Numbered from the whole stretch's first letter, positions 11,101 through 24,662 are shown. The stretch: 52,293 bases of DNA, filler included, from Basidiobolus ranarum (GCA_040143965.1; 3 parts of 3 records of this genome joined end to end with filler, not necessarily neighbours in it); one strand, 5' to 3'. Program-made: numbers and translations. Notes: generated by a model not told the origin, from the sequence alone.

Positions 11101-14100
11101 ATGACCGTAAATCCAGGAGAGGTTAGTTTTTTCGAGTCGAAGGGACCAGAGGATATTCAGTGCAAAGTTATCTTTACTGATTTCTCTCCAATAATAAATT
11201 CTAGACAAGAATGGATATCGATCAAAATGAAAATGAAATCGATGAAGGTTTATACTCGAGACAATTGTATGTATGGTTTACTTTTGTTTTGGATGTACAC
11301 ATACATATATACAAAAGTTAACTTGATTAATATTTACCATTTATTTGTTTTGCCAACTTAGGTATGTCCTAGGTCATGATGCCATGAAGAAAATGGGCTG
11401 TGCTCATGTTTTGATAGTAGGTTTGAAGGGACTCGGAGTTGAAATTGGTAAGTTATATATAACCAAAGCCATGTTTGTTTTTGGCCATGGTTATGTATGC
11501 ATTGGACGCAATATGCCTCCTGTTTTCATATATTCATACATATTATTCAGCTAAGAATGTGGTCCTTGCTGGTGTCAAAACTGTTACTCTCTATGACCCT
11601 CAGTTGGTAGAAATTTCTGATTTATCAGCTCAGGTGGGTAACTTTCCTATGGTCCAAGAAATATCATGCGTTGCTGACCATATTCTATGTATAGTTCTTC
11701 CTCACCTCGGAAGATGTTGGGAAGAGTAGAGCTGAGGTCACTCGTCCACGCCTTGCAGAGCTCAACCAATACGTCCCTGTTTCTGTTTTAGAGGGAGATT
11801 TGACTACCGAGAAGTTAAAGAAATTCAAGGTAGGGAACTCAAGTGATAGATGTCGTTTCTTACCCTACGTCGAATAACATCCCAATTTCTCTAGGTGGTA
11901 GTTCTTACGGAATCCACATTAGAACGACAGCTTGAGATAAATGATTATACTCATGGACACGATATTCACTTCATCAGTGCCGATGTCAGAGGCTTATTTG
12001 GCACAGTGTTTTGTGATTTCGGAAAGAATTTTATTGTAAATGATACAACAGGCGAGAATCCTTTGAGTGGGATGATTGCTATGGTCAGTAAGGATAAAGA
12101 GAGTGTTGTTACTTGTTTGGACGAATCCAGACATGGTCTTGAAGATGGTGATTATGTCACCTTTAAGGAAATTAAGGGGATGGAGGAATTAAATAGTTGC
12201 GAGCCTAGAAAGATTAAAGTCCTTGGTCCTTATACATTTAGTATTGGAGATACCTCTGCATTTAATGATTACATAAAAGGCGGTATCTTCACTCAAGTGA
12301 AAATGCCAAAAGCATTGGATTTCAAATCTCTAAGAGATAGCCTAGAGAATCCCGAGTATCTTATCTCAGACTTTGCTAAATTCGATAGGCCCCCACAACT
12401 ACATGTTGGTTTCCAGGCATTGGATGCTTTCTCGTCCAAGAATAGTGGGGCCCTACCTCGTCCAAGAAACAAAGACGATGCTTCTCAGGTTTTGCTTTTG
12501 GCTAAAGATATATCGACAAAGCTTAAGGAGTCCGTCGAGTTAGACGAGAAACTAATAACGGAGCTAGCCTATCAAGCTCAGGGTTATCTTTCGCCTATGT
12601 GTGCTCTATTAGGGGGTATTGTTGCTCAGGAAGCGCTGAAATCGTTGACTGGCAAATTTCATCCGGTATATCAGCATCTATACTTCGATTCTCTCGAATC
12701 TCTTCCACAGAGCGTGACCCTAACCGAAGAGTCCTGCAAGCCTACCAACTCAAGATATGACGGACAAATCGCAGTCTTTGGGCTTCAATTCCAAAAGAAA
12801 ATCGCCAACACTCGCCAGTTTCTAGTTGGAGCTGGTGCTATTGGGTGTGAGATGTTGAAGAATTGGGGCATGATGGGCCTTGGTACTGGAGCTGAGGGCG
12901 TTATACATCTCACTGATATGGACACTATTGAAAAAAGTAACTTGAATAGACAGTTCCTTTTCCGACCCTCCGATGTTGGACACCTCAAATCCGAAACTGC
13001 AACCAACGCTATTGTAAAGATGAACCCAGATATTGCTGGAAAGGTGATACCTCACCAAGATCGCATTGGTGTTGAAACCGAGAACATTTACAATGACGAT
13101 TTCTTTGAAAATCTGGATGGAGTTACTAATGCCCTGGATAATGTTGACACCCGGAAGTATATGGATAGACGCTGCGTGTTCTTCAGAAAACCTCTTTTAG
13201 AGTCGGGAACTCTCGGAACCAAAGGCAACACTCAAGTCGTTATACCGTTCCTTACTGAGTCGTATTCCTCATCTCAGGATCCCCCCGAAAAATCCATTCC
13301 CATCTGTACGCTTAAGAACTTCCCCAACGCTATTGAGCACACAATTCAATGGTCACGGGATTTGTTTGAAGGTCTCTTCAAACAACAGCCTGAAAATGCC
13401 AATTTGTATCTCAGCCAACCCAATTATATCGATCAAGTGTTAAAGCAGACAGGAAACCAGGTTCATAGCTTTTTGTTTTCCATATCACTTCTAGTCTCTT
13501 CTTTAACATCATTATAGAAAGAAATTCTAGAAGGCCTTCATAACTGCTTGGTGACACATAAAGCGTTGTTCTTTGAAGATTGTGTTGCCTGGGCTAGACT
13601 CCAGTTTGAAGAATATTACCACAACACTATATTACAGCTTCTTTACAATTTCCCTAAAGACTCGGTTAGTAATGAGCGAAATCATTTCTTTCTTGAAGCT
13701 TCCTGTTAACAAGACATGTCTTTGTGTAGGTGACTTCCTCTGGAGCTCCATTCTGGTCAGGTCCAAAAAGAGCACCCGATGCTATTAAATTCGATCCACA
13801 TAACGTACTTGGTTGTCGATTCTTCGTGTTTCCCTACCACTTGTTCTGACCCAATGCCTTTTTATTAGAGCCTACACTTGGATTTTGTAATGACTGCAGC
13901 CAATCTTCGTGCTTATATGTTTGGTCTCAAAGGTAATGTCACATGTTGGGCTCATACCATCTGAGCGTTCTCTTATTCAAATAACATTTGTATATAGGTG
14001 AGACCGACAGGGAAGTGGTTAGGAACATAGCGTCAAAGATAGAGGTACCGCCATTCACTCCCAAGCAAGGTGTCAAGATACAGGTTCAAGAAAATGAGAA

Positions 14101-15208
14101 CGTTTCCCAATCCACAGGTATTATTGGATGTCTGTATATATGCACATGCGCATACACCTAAATTAATTCATATCTTCGCTGTCTAGATCAAACAGAGCTT
14201 GAAAACATTATCAAAGCTTTGCCTGCACCCTCATCTCTAGCCGGATTTCGACTCAGCGCGATTGAATTTGAAAAGGTAAGATCTCTGTCTATGCTAAGAC
14301 TGAGCATTGAACTGACGCCAGTATAATTCATAGGATGATGATACCAATTTCCATATCGACTTCATCACTGCGGCATCCAATCTTCGTGCTCAAAACTACG
14401 GTATCACCATTGCGAATCGCCACCAAACCAAATTTATTGCTGGTAAGATTATTCCCGCCATTGCTACCACCACTGCATTGGTAACTGGCTTGGTTTGCCT
14501 GGAGTTGTATAAGGTATAGTTTGATGCAGACCATCAGCGAAACAAGCCTCTGATGTTGTTTATCGCATATTTAGCTCATTGATGGAAGGAGTCAATTAGA
14601 AGATTTCAAGAATGGTTTCATAAACCTTGCCTTACCTTTCTTTGGATTCTCAGAACCAATTGCTGCACCCAAGTTCAAGGTAACATTGAATATGGTACAC
14701 CAAGTATAATTGAATGCAAACCAACTTTTGTTTCTTACCATTCTCTAGTATCATGACACCGAATTCACTCTCTGGGATCGATTTGATGTGGAGGGGGATA
14801 TCACATTGCAGGAGCTCATTAACCACTTTAAAGAAAACCATAATCTAGAGATTACCATGGTCTCCAGTGGAGTCAGCATGCTTTATTCCTTCTTTATGCC
14901 AAAGAAGAAGTTGGACGAGAGACTTCCCATGAAGTAATTCTTTTTTTGCGATGTATGTGGAATCTAGTTCACCACTAACCCTATCTCTCTTCCTACAGAC
15001 TCTCCAAGCTGGTGGTAGCAGTTTCTAAAAAACCACTTCCCGCTCATGTTGGATCCCTCGTCATGGAGATATGTGTCAATGATCGTGACGGTGAAGATGT
15101 AGAGGTAAGCAAGGAAATTGATCAATGCAAAGTGAGTATCAGTTGATTAATACACTACGTCTTCCACTACTCTAGGTCCCATATGTCCGTGTTAGAATTA
15201 GAGAATGA
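11101..15208 (+). CDS. UBA1: Ubiquitin-activating enzyme E1, about 15 introns
   Basis: [35 protein letters not shown], catalytic [24 protein letters not shown] and C-terminal [14 protein letters not shown]. Confidence 0.98.
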
Positions 15209-15499
15209 AAGATAAATCGCATCATCCCATCAATTCTCAAGTCAACCTTTTCCAAACTCACCCAAGAGGTTCATCGAAATCAATAAATATTGTACGTATC
15301 GTATTGTGCATAAACATTCTGAATGCGTGTAAATCCATCTTCTATATTGATGTTATATTAATTGCGAACAGAGAGACTGTTTAATCAACTCGGTCTTCCC
15401 GAGGAATATTTTTTCATTTGTCAAGAAAGATGAACCTTGGATAATGCATCGAATGTAATTTGAGTTTGAATGTACATAGAATCAATGTTATGATGATTA

Positions 15500-16205
15500 T
15501 TAGCGTTTTTCCCAAGGCTTAGGTCTGGGCTTCATGGTGGCCTCACTAGGAGCCGTTTCGCTAAGTTTGTTAGGAATCTGCTTTATACCTATCGTTTAAA
15601 AGTATATTAGAATCAGGCTGATATTAGGGAAATCGTTACTTTCTTTACCAGGAATTGGTTTGCCGGAAGCAATCAGCTCGCATATTTCCTGGAAAGATCT
15701 GGGGTAGTCGGGGCCTGCATCTGTATTAATATCTATCTATTAAAAAGGGTTTCCAATAAATGCTATGAATGAGTCGAATACCAGTAGTCTCTGTGGCGGC
15801 ATCCGTAACAGTATCAGACACAGTAGGAGAATCGCTCAAAGGCTTGGAAGCAGCATCTTGCTTTGCTTTCCATTGTAAATATCCCTTGTAGTCTACCTTT
15901 TGTACACATCTTGAAATAAATTGTTGAATAACGTATGTTTCAACAAGCCATATGTCCTTTCTCCGATATTCTCAAGAACTTACTTTGAATAATAGAAGAA
16001 TTTGGCTTTCTCCACAGCAGCCTCAACCTCCGTTTCTGATTTACCTTTTTGAAATTCCATTACCGAACGTAAGCCGAACTAGAGGTATCAAGTGGTTAGA
16101 TTTTACTTTAGCAATATAATAGTAAACATTTACTTGAAAAGCCTCGTCTGTATCAAAGTCATAATCACGCAAATTCTCATAGAGTGTTTCGGTTTTATCG
16201 GTCAT
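15500..16205 (-). CDS. PEX39: Peroxin Pex39 (C6orf226/YJR012C family), 5 exons
   Basis: Spliced product MTDKTETLYENLRDYDFDTDEAFQ|FGLRSV...AKFFYYSK|...YPRSFQEICELIASGKPIPG|IKQIPNKL...PRPKPWEKR*, with YDFxxDxxFQxGL, PIPGIKQIP and terminal KPWE motifs. Missed by the ORF track. Confidence 0.85.
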
Positions 16206-17434
16206 CTCGTACTTCGCTCAAGTTAGCTATTTGAAAGGAGTTTGGTTGAAAGTGTTGATAATGGAGATTATAGAGCTAACAGTGTCTTCGATTTGGGGCT
16301 AAGTTAGGTTTACCAAATCACATAATAATCTTAATATAATTTACATATATCAGGAGTGGTTTAAGCTATAATTTCATTAATATGAACTGTCATTTTGACT
16401 TACTGAATCGCCTTCCAAGTTAATCAACCTGAACTACAACTATCTTGAAATATTTAGGACGACTAAATTTGAACTGAGCAATTCACTTAGTTTTCTTGTA
16501 TTCACTTTCGAAATCGGCATCTGCCTATTCTAATTCACGATTAACTTTGTGCAATGGAATAGATAGTGGCAGATGATGGTTTTTAGTTGCAAATCATTCA
16601 CTAGCATGATAGAATATAATACTTTTTCAAAAGAAAAGGCTAAGACAATTCATAGAGCTTCCTTTTAAGAGTAAGTAAAAGTAAAATTGACTATACCATT
16701 CAAATTAAAGGTGTTTAGGGATTGTTGCTTTTATCTCATTAAACCACTTTCAGCTTCCTTGGCTTCACATTTGGCGCCACCTAGCTCTCCTACACTTCCC
16801 GGTTATTCCCAAGTTGTAATGTCACACTGATCTTCCATGCGATACTCCGACCTCTCCGCTAATCCTGATTCCTATCAAATCTGGTCAATCCAGCTCATGA
16901 CTCAATTACAGACATTTACCTTTCAATAACTTTACATGCTACCATTTGCTCATACCATTATATTCTCCACCACTTTTACTATCTTTCATACTCTTATTCT
17001 TGCCTGTGGCCATATTTGGACTGAGATCACACTACACGATGCACACAGTCTTACCATATCCATCGCCGTTTACACATCCTGAGATTTAGAGAAACTGCCA
17101 TTCTAGAACATTTAACTATGCTTTACCTTGCCTTTCCCTATCTTCATGTCACATATCATTGGTCGCCCACTCTTCATACAAGGCATAGTATTGAGGCATT
17201 TGGTACACCCTTTACTTGCACTTACACCTTGCATCATGGTGACTTGAGTGTTTGGGGCCTAGTGGCTGAGAGGAGAGTATCTCGTCACATATGCTGCATT
17301 CTACCAGCTTTAGTCAGTATCTAGTTACAGCCTTTGTAAATGGTGATGAGTAGGGTTTTGTAATGGACTGACAGGTGTCTATCAAACTTGATGTCGATAT
17401 TCAATGAATTGGATCGTCGAATTGACATCTACTG

Positions 17435-17534
17435 NNNNNNNNNNNNNNNNNNNNNNNNNNNNNNNNNNNNNNNNNNNNTTAATTAATTAANNNNNNNNNN
17501 NNNNNNNNNNNNNNNNNNNNNNNNNNNNNNNNNN
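17435..17534. other. Artificial contig linker (N44-TTAATTAATTAA-N44)
   Basis: The 12-mer puts stop codons in all six frames; the same linker occurs at 34872-34971. Confidence 0.97.
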
Positions 17535-20439
17535 ATAAGAAGAAGATATGCTCATTAAGCTGTCTACGTTGATTCTGGATGGCGAGTGATTTCTCTTTCA
17601 ACCAGTTGGGTTGAACTCGGATGTGTTGTGACTCTAAGCGAGTGCTAACTCGATTCAAGTTCATATGGTTTATTGGTAAGCTAGTGCATAGATTGAAGTG
17701 ATTATTGTTTGTATAATGAAACCCAAATAACTCACGTGAATTTTTCAAAGCCACTACAACAAATAATTCGATTTTTTACCCTAAATGCTTCAAACAAACA
17801 ACCTCGTGTTCTTTTTAAATCATTGGGATTTCGAAGTAAAATCCCAATCGAAAATCGACATAAAACCTGGCTAAGTCCGAAATTTTAAGTACTACTTCGC
17901 TCCTTAGGGTTGTGACTATCTTATTTAAGATTTTCTTACTTTTGGTTAAGGTGTGTATAAATTGCAAGTGAATCAGAAAAATATGGAGTTTTTCTCCATG
18001 GTAGACCTTACTCTATTTTTACAACTAAAAGCTAAAGAACGTGGAACAGCCATCATGTGTTGAGTATATTACTGCTTCCGGAATTTGTACCATAAATCAA
18101 GCTTGCTAATGAAAGAAAACAACGAGGGAATATACCCTTTGAATCAATCATCCTATTCTAAACCCTCTTTAAATAGTCAAATATGAGCCTTTGCAAAGTG
18201 ACTCTGATGAATAGGGACAAATATCTTAATCAGTCAAAATTTGCCGTCAACGTTAAGAACCCTTAAATAAAGCATCTCACTGAGTATAAGGTTTGCAGAT
18301 TGCGTTACAAAGCTTCTATTTGATTAGACAGCATTGGCCCTAAACCAGAAATCCCATTGGGCATTGTAAGCTTTCACTAGTGCAGTTAACAACCAATTTG
18401 TAGCTATGATTAGACCATGCAATGGTATTTCATATATAGCAACAAAAGAAAGCGATGAACGCCGCAACCGATATAACCTGTACTGAATACCTAGAGGCTA
18501 GATGGGATAGGTGAAACTGAAGTCGCTCGATGGTCGATTTTCTAATCTGCTTGATTGAAACAAAATTACTGACTGCATTCAAGATAATGTATTCAAATGG
18601 CGCTCTTGGATACATACCCTACAATTTCTGTCTAGTTCATCACTATCACGAAAGTTCTCTGCTTCATACACTTCTGTTAACGCTCTTCACAAGTATGCCA
18701 TATTTACCTAGAATCAACGTTTTTTAATCTACGTAGGAAATCTCACAGCCTATATCTATTTAATTTATCTCCCAGTGACATAATGCTAGTCCAAATATGA
18801 TCACACATATCGCCAAGTTGCACAGTGTCATATTCATATGTCCAGGAAGAGTTCTATGTTTCAAATACCTAGCTGATGTCTGTTGGTCAAAAGTAAGACT
18901 ACGGATGTGAAAATTGGCCACAACTCAGTTTCGATTTATGGTTCACTTGATAAACACCGTCGGGATATTTTGTCGCAAATACCATTGACGGTTAACCATG
19001 CCATGTGTATTCTTAGGGTTAGGGTTACCCTAAGCATGTCAGCAACATCGAACTTGACCCGCCGTACTAGCGTTACACATCTTCGTGATTGGGGTACTCA
19101 TTACTAAATAGAAAATAAACAAACGCTCGATTGTTCAGCTTACAACTTACAACTATTCGAAACCTTAATTATTGTTGCGGTTGCTATGAACGCCAATTAA
19201 TGATTCCTAGTATTTAGTAGGCCCCAGTTTCATTTAATCAATTTAGTCACACTTAATGTTACCTCTCAATCTTACGGTGCCACGATTGGTTATTTGCCAT
19301 AGGACAATGCTGAAACTAGCCAAGTAGTAACTCTGTGTAGCCAAGCCTTTTGAAAGTCTCTAAGTTGTTCTCTACGTAGTCTGGGCCAAGGTTAGAATAC
19401 GTTAGCCAAGAGTAAGTCGGCCTTGTACTTTTGTTCCACCACACTAAGCACACAAGTTACTGATACTCATTGTAAAGAATCACACATGATTTTGTAACAA
19501 GGATTTATCTCCGACGTATTTGATTGCTTTTCAAGACATGCTTTTTGCCATCTAGCGTTAATATGTGGTAAATATTACCCATTGCAGAAATTGTTTGTCT
19601 TTTTGGGGGAGCCTTTCATAAATCATGTGGAAGCGTTACTGGCACTAGTTTTAGCCTAACTGGACCTTGCCTATCAGAATAGATCTAGTATGCATGATTT
19701 GCCATTCTCGCGTAAATATGAATAATTCACTAGATATGCTATTGTTAAACTCGAGTCCTTGGAGTCAAAATACAGTGATCCCATAGCAACCAATGGCCGA
19801 GTAGCCTTCCTTAACACCGGATTTCAATTGAGACAATACAATTTAAGGATGGAGGTCGCAAAATTGAATATAACTAATCTAGTGGCATCCGCTTCAGGTA
19901 ACTCGAGGCTTGATGAGCCTGCTTTCAATCCACTCTTTTTCTTGATAACAATCTGGTCTTATCTGTGTCTCTCTGTCATTGCTATCTTGTTCTTCCTTTT
20001 ACTTCGTCAGTCACCTGAAGAACCGCATTGTCTAATCGCTCTGTTAATTACTTTATTTCAGTCTTTCCTCACTCACTCTGTTGATTATTTTCCTTCTCAA
20101 TATTTCATGATAAGTTGAGTGGTCGTCGACTTCTCTAATATCTACTTTCACCCTACTTTAAACTACTCTAAATTTGGTATACTTTTACTTCATAAAGAGG
20201 GGTGCCATTCTCGTACAAATTACCTTGAAAGTAGATAATTCATTACTTTATTACCTTTCTTAATACTCTAACTTAAGCGAGTTTAATACGTCCCTGTTCT
20301 TTTCTTATCGCTGTGGAGTTTGCTATTCGCACTGCGATAGTACGCTTTTTGTTGTAATCTCATTACCAAGAGGAGTATACCTTTTTCCCCCTCTTTTCTT
20401 GCAACTAACATACCAACTCCCTCTGCAATTCCCATATTC

Positions 20440-22299
20440 ATGGTTGCCTTAACTACTTATCTAGTCACTCGATCGAAAAAATTGTTTCAACGACTCAACA
20501 AGAAATATCGTTCGAGTAAATCACCCACCGAAGAAAGTTTCCGTCTATTTAAACTTGGGGAGAAGTACTTATTTGGTAGAGGTAAAGGTACTAAAGAGGA
20601 GCGTAGAGCTGCTGAGTACTTTAAACTTTCCGCTGAACTTGGTAACCATCAGGCTCGTGCCGTGTTAGCTTTCTGTTATGAATTCGGTCTTGGTGTTAGA
20701 AGAGATTTTAAATTGGCCGAGATGAATTATATAAAAGCTGCACAATACGGGGATGGCTTGGCTCAAGCTAGATTGGCTTTCTTACGTAAATATGGTCGTC
20801 CATCAGTTAAAATTGATTGGGTGGAGGCAGACCTGTGGCAGCAGCGTATTGAGAAGCAAGGAAAGGATTCCCTCCAGTGGCTATTTGTTGCTGCTAGTCA
20901 AGAATGTAACCCTGCTGCTCAATATTGTTTAGGAGTATGCTATCATGATGGCATAGGTGTTACTAAAAATGAACGAGAAGCCTTCAAATGGTACAAAAAA
21001 TCTGCTGAACAAGGTCATTCCCGTGGCCAAGGTATATTGGGGTATTGCTACGGCGAAGGCTTCGGTATCGAAAAGGATGAAGTTGAAGCTATGAATTGGT
21101 ATCGAAAAGCTGCGGAACAAGGTGAGTCTGTAGCAATATACAATGTTGGATATTGTTACGAGGATGGCATTGGTGTCAAGAAAAACCCTGTAGAAGCGGT
21201 TAGATGGTATCGTATTTCCGCCGAACAGGGTAATGCATTTGCTCAAAATTCCCTTGGCTATTGCTACGAAGATGGCATTGGTGTTGAAAGAGATGAACTA
21301 AAGGCAGCTGAATGGTACCGTTGCTCTGCAGAACAAGGCTACCCATGGGCTGAGTGCAATCTTGGTTATTGCTATCAAAATGGCATAGGTTTAACCAAAG
21401 ATGAATCAAAAGGTGCTTATTGGTATCGTCGAGCTGCCGTCCAAGGCCATGCCCGCGCACAACATAACCTCGGCTTCTGTCATCAAAATGGTATAGGAGT
21501 TGAAAAAGATGAGAAAGAAGCGGTAAAGTGGTATACCGCCTCAGCTGCTCAAGGAAATATCTTTGCCCTTCATTCTTTAGGATATTGTTATCAAAATGGA
21601 ATTGGTGTTGAGGAGAACCTTGAAAATGCTGTTTACATGTACACCTTAGCTGCTCATAAAAACCACGCTCCTGCACAGCTGTCTCTTGGACTTTGTTTCC
21701 GTAATGGACTGGGTGTAGACCGGAATGATTCCGAGGCGGGCAAATGGTTTCGTCGTGCATCAGAGCAAAACAATGTAATTGCTCAAAACTCTCTAGGATT
21801 CTGTTTCGAAGAAGGACTTGGTGTTGAGCGGGACTTAAAGCAAGCAGTATACTGGTATATGCGTTCTGCTGAACAAGGAAACCCATGGGCTCAATGCAAT
21901 ATTGGATATTGCTATGCTAATGGAATTGGAGTAGAGAAGGACGAAACCGAGGCTGTCAGATGGTATTTCAAAGCCTCACAGAAGGATCACCCACGAGCCC
22001 AAGATAAACTTGGCCTTTGTCTACAACTTGGTCACGGCGTTGAAAAGGATAATGCCGCAGCTGTATATTGGTTTAGACGTGCTGCCACTCAAGGATATGT
22101 ATCCGCTCAATACCATCTTGGCAACTGTCTTGAAAAAGGAATCGGAGCTGAACAAAGTTTAGAGGAGGCAGCGCTATGGTTTCAACGCGCCGCATCTTCC
22201 GGTGATCAAATGTCCAATTACCGTCTACGTAAATTACTTACTCATCACTGCCTTTACTCCGTTCCTTTCGAGTATGGACATATCGCATGTGCAGCATAG
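20440..22299 (+). CDS. Sel1-like repeat (SLR/HCP-like) protein, about 15 repeats, intronless
   Basis: 36-aa repeats of the form AQxxLGxCYxxGIGVEKDxxEAVxWYxxAAEQG along the whole 619 aa. Confidence 0.95.
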   Translation: MVALTTYLVTRSKKLFQRLNKKYRSSKSPTEESFRLFKLGEKYLFGRGKGTKEERRAAEYFKLSAELGNHQARAVLAFCYEFGLGVRRDFKLAEMNYIKAAQYGDGLAQARLAFLRKYGRPSVKIDWVEADLWQQRIEKQGKDSLQWLFVAASQECNPAAQYCLGVCYHDGIGVTKNEREAFKWYKKSAEQGHSRGQGILGYCYGEGFGIEKDEVEAMNWYRKAAEQGESVAIYNVGYCYEDGIGVKKNPVEAVRWYRISAEQGNAFAQNSLGYCYEDGIGVERDELKAAEWYRCSAEQGYPWAECNLGYCYQNGIGLTKDESKGAYWYRRAAVQGHARAQHNLGFCHQNGIGVEKDEKEAVKWYTASAAQGNIFALHSLGYCYQNGIGVEENLENAVYMYTLAAHKNHAPAQLSLGLCFRNGLGVDRNDSEAGKWFRRASEQNNVIAQNSLGFCFEEGLGVERDLKQAVYWYMRSAEQGNPWAQCNIGYCYANGIGVEKDETEAVRWYFKASQKDHPRAQDKLGLCLQLGHGVEKDNAAAVYWFRRAATQGYVSAQYHLGNCLEKGIGAEQSLEEAALWFQRAASSGDQMSNYRLRKLLTHHCLYSVPFEYGHIACAA

Positions 22300-23879
22300 T
22301 ATTACTATAGCTAAACGAAAAATTCTTTACCAGAATTTGAAGAAACAACTTCGGCAACTATCAGCCAGAAGTTTCAATATCTTATGACGAAGGGGATGGT
22401 TTGTCTCCAAGTGAACCGAAAATAGCACGATGCTCTTTTTTCAAATGTAAAAAATAATCTACTCATTACAGATTTACAACTTGATAATACTTCACTGTTG
22501 ACACTTACTAATACGCTAATTCTAACCCTTGATCTGGTCTTAACTTAACACTTCACCTCTTTAAACCCCTTATATTATCATTATCACACCTTTTCCATCT
22601 CAAAAATTTAATCTATTTTATTATATTCTTTTGCATTTTATACATTTACCATCCATATTTTATGGCATCTTGACCTTCTCCTCATAGACTGTAAAGCCGT
22701 TCAAAGTCATTCCCAAAACAACTACCTCTATATTGACTAATATCTGATAATAATCGCTATATGATCGATGTCAAGATATCCAAACAACAAAGATATACCT
22801 TTTGATTCTTTTTACAAAACCTTCTAAGATCGCTAATATGGTTCGTTGGGAAAGTGATGATAGATGTATACAATGGTTGACTCTAAAGGGAATGGTCTTT
22901 ATAACTGAAAGTATCTTCGTTTCGTAGGAAATGATTAAACCGACTGTTCGTTTTGATTGTTTCTGAGCCTTAGTTTACGAGCATTGCATCACGCTCTTGT
23001 ATGTCTGAAGTGACACTGCATATAAAATGCCCAACTATGATACACTTTTGCTGTTCGTGGTAGGAAGCCCTAGTTGATGGCTTCTTTTGGAGGCATTTTC
23101 TTTATAAGAAAATGATAGATTGCATAGCAAAGATGATTCAGAAATGGAAATTTCAAGTTATGGATAATAACCAACTATCAACTCGAAGGAACAGTTAGCC
23201 CATATAGCGTTGTATTACAGATTCAGCCCAACCTGATAAAGGTTCTTGTGAGCCCTTAAAGTATATCTTGAAGGCAGTAGGGTTTATTTGACGGGATTTT
23301 GGAAGCTTAGGTCAGCGAGTTTCAAATTACCTTTTGTGTCAAGGTTAAATAGTCTCACACTTTTCTTTTAAGAAGCTTCTGGACTTCAAATCTACTCAGA
23401 ACACCAGGCGACCTCTGGGTACAGTTCATGCAGTGGTGTAGAAGAAACCTGCAGTGGAGTTATAATCATATTCACCCAGCTTCGACTCGACTCGGAGTCT
23501 ACATCGAGTGGAGCTAGAGCTGTGCTAACAGCGTTGTAAGTGAACTGAATGGTATAGCGTATGAAGCCTCGAGTACAATTAGATACAAAAATTTGAATTC
23601 ACATAGAAAAAAAGAAGAGTTCTTTAATTTAAACTTGGATTGATTACAAGATTTGGTTTGTGAGAGTTGGTGGGTTGTAACGAGTCTAATTATGCTTCAA
23701 TTAATTAGGGGCAATAATTGATGTAAATAATGATATAGTGGTGCCAGTGCAAATGGAATTGAGGAATTATTACAATCACGGATCGTGAGACGAGACTTTC
23801 CTTTCAAATGACCTTAGCCAGATCCATGTTAGCTTTGGGCTGATCAATTAATAACTGTGAAACATCCGTGGAAGGAGTT

Positions 23880-24160
23880 TGAACGGAGACTTTAAGCTTA
23901 AATTTGATGAACCACGTCGGCTGCCTAATACGGACGGATATACTGGATCATCTCGTGCCAATATCATTTCAAGCCATGGGTAATCAATGCTAATGAAATA
24001 ATCAAACTGGAATTCGACAATGGATGCTTCTATCGTGCGACCCTGAAAAGACAAGGCGCTCTCCCATGGCTACGTTACCATCAGTAAGCTCTGCCTTCAA
24101 ATCCAAGTCAACAAGCTATTTTCATTGATTGTGGTGTCAATCAAGAGCGAATTATCAGGA
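23880..24160 (-). pseudogene. Possible decayed retropepsin (retrotransposon protease) fragment
   Basis: In order across frameshifts: SLLIDTTI, KAELTDGN and FDYFISIDYPWLE, resembling LIDTGA...ELADG...DIILGxPWL. Weak similarity only. Confidence 0.25.
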
Positions 24161-24662
24161 GCTAGCAGAGTACAAGCTCAATATTAAGTTGATTAGCTGC
24201 TGAGGGATCAAAACACATCATAAGCCTATGGATATGCGGCATCTATCTTAATTGGGTTGTGAAGAAAATCCTTGGAAATGATCGAAATTCTAAAAGAAAC
24301 AAAACGTAAATTGAGATAAACTTTCAGTCATCGTAGATTCTTCTTTACATGGTTTACCTAATTTATTCCACATATTCATGTAACCGGCCAAATAAGCTTT
24401 TGTGGAATGAACGTAACTGCCAAAAAACGTTACAAATAGCCAGGCCAATCGGAGGCCGTCATGGAGGAGTCACAGCTGATCTTATAATGACTCCACTGGC
24501 ACGTTAGAGCTTACTCCACCTGCACTTTCTGTATTCAACTTGTATTTAGTATCCCCTTCTCCCTTCGCTTCTCTGATATATTCCTCTTTTATACCTTATA
24601 AGTAAACCGCCTTGAATTGCATTGATAGAAAGCTATATCTTGCATTTCCCAGTATTAACTTG

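Noticed and set aside
16830..17434. Possible decayed Copia gag-like fragment (DSYQIWSIQLMTQL) and a tRNA A-box-like GTGGCTGAGAGG near the contig end
   Set aside because: One short weak motif, no LTR, PBS or cloverleaf; insufficient to call.
17822..17848. 10-bp inverted repeat ATTGGGATTT...AAATCCCAAT (and an 8-bp one at 50373-50395)
   Set aside because: Isolated short hairpins without target-site duplication or repeat copies; bacterial-style terminators do not apply to this eukaryotic DNA.
19759..20118. 119-aa ORF upstream of the Sel1 gene
   Set aside because: Non-ATG start; the hydrophobic content simply reflects a pyrimidine-rich promoter or 5' UTR.
22853..22917. GTGATGA...CTGA C/D-box-like pair
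   Set aside because: No terminal stem or recognisable guide; likely chance in AT-rich DNA.
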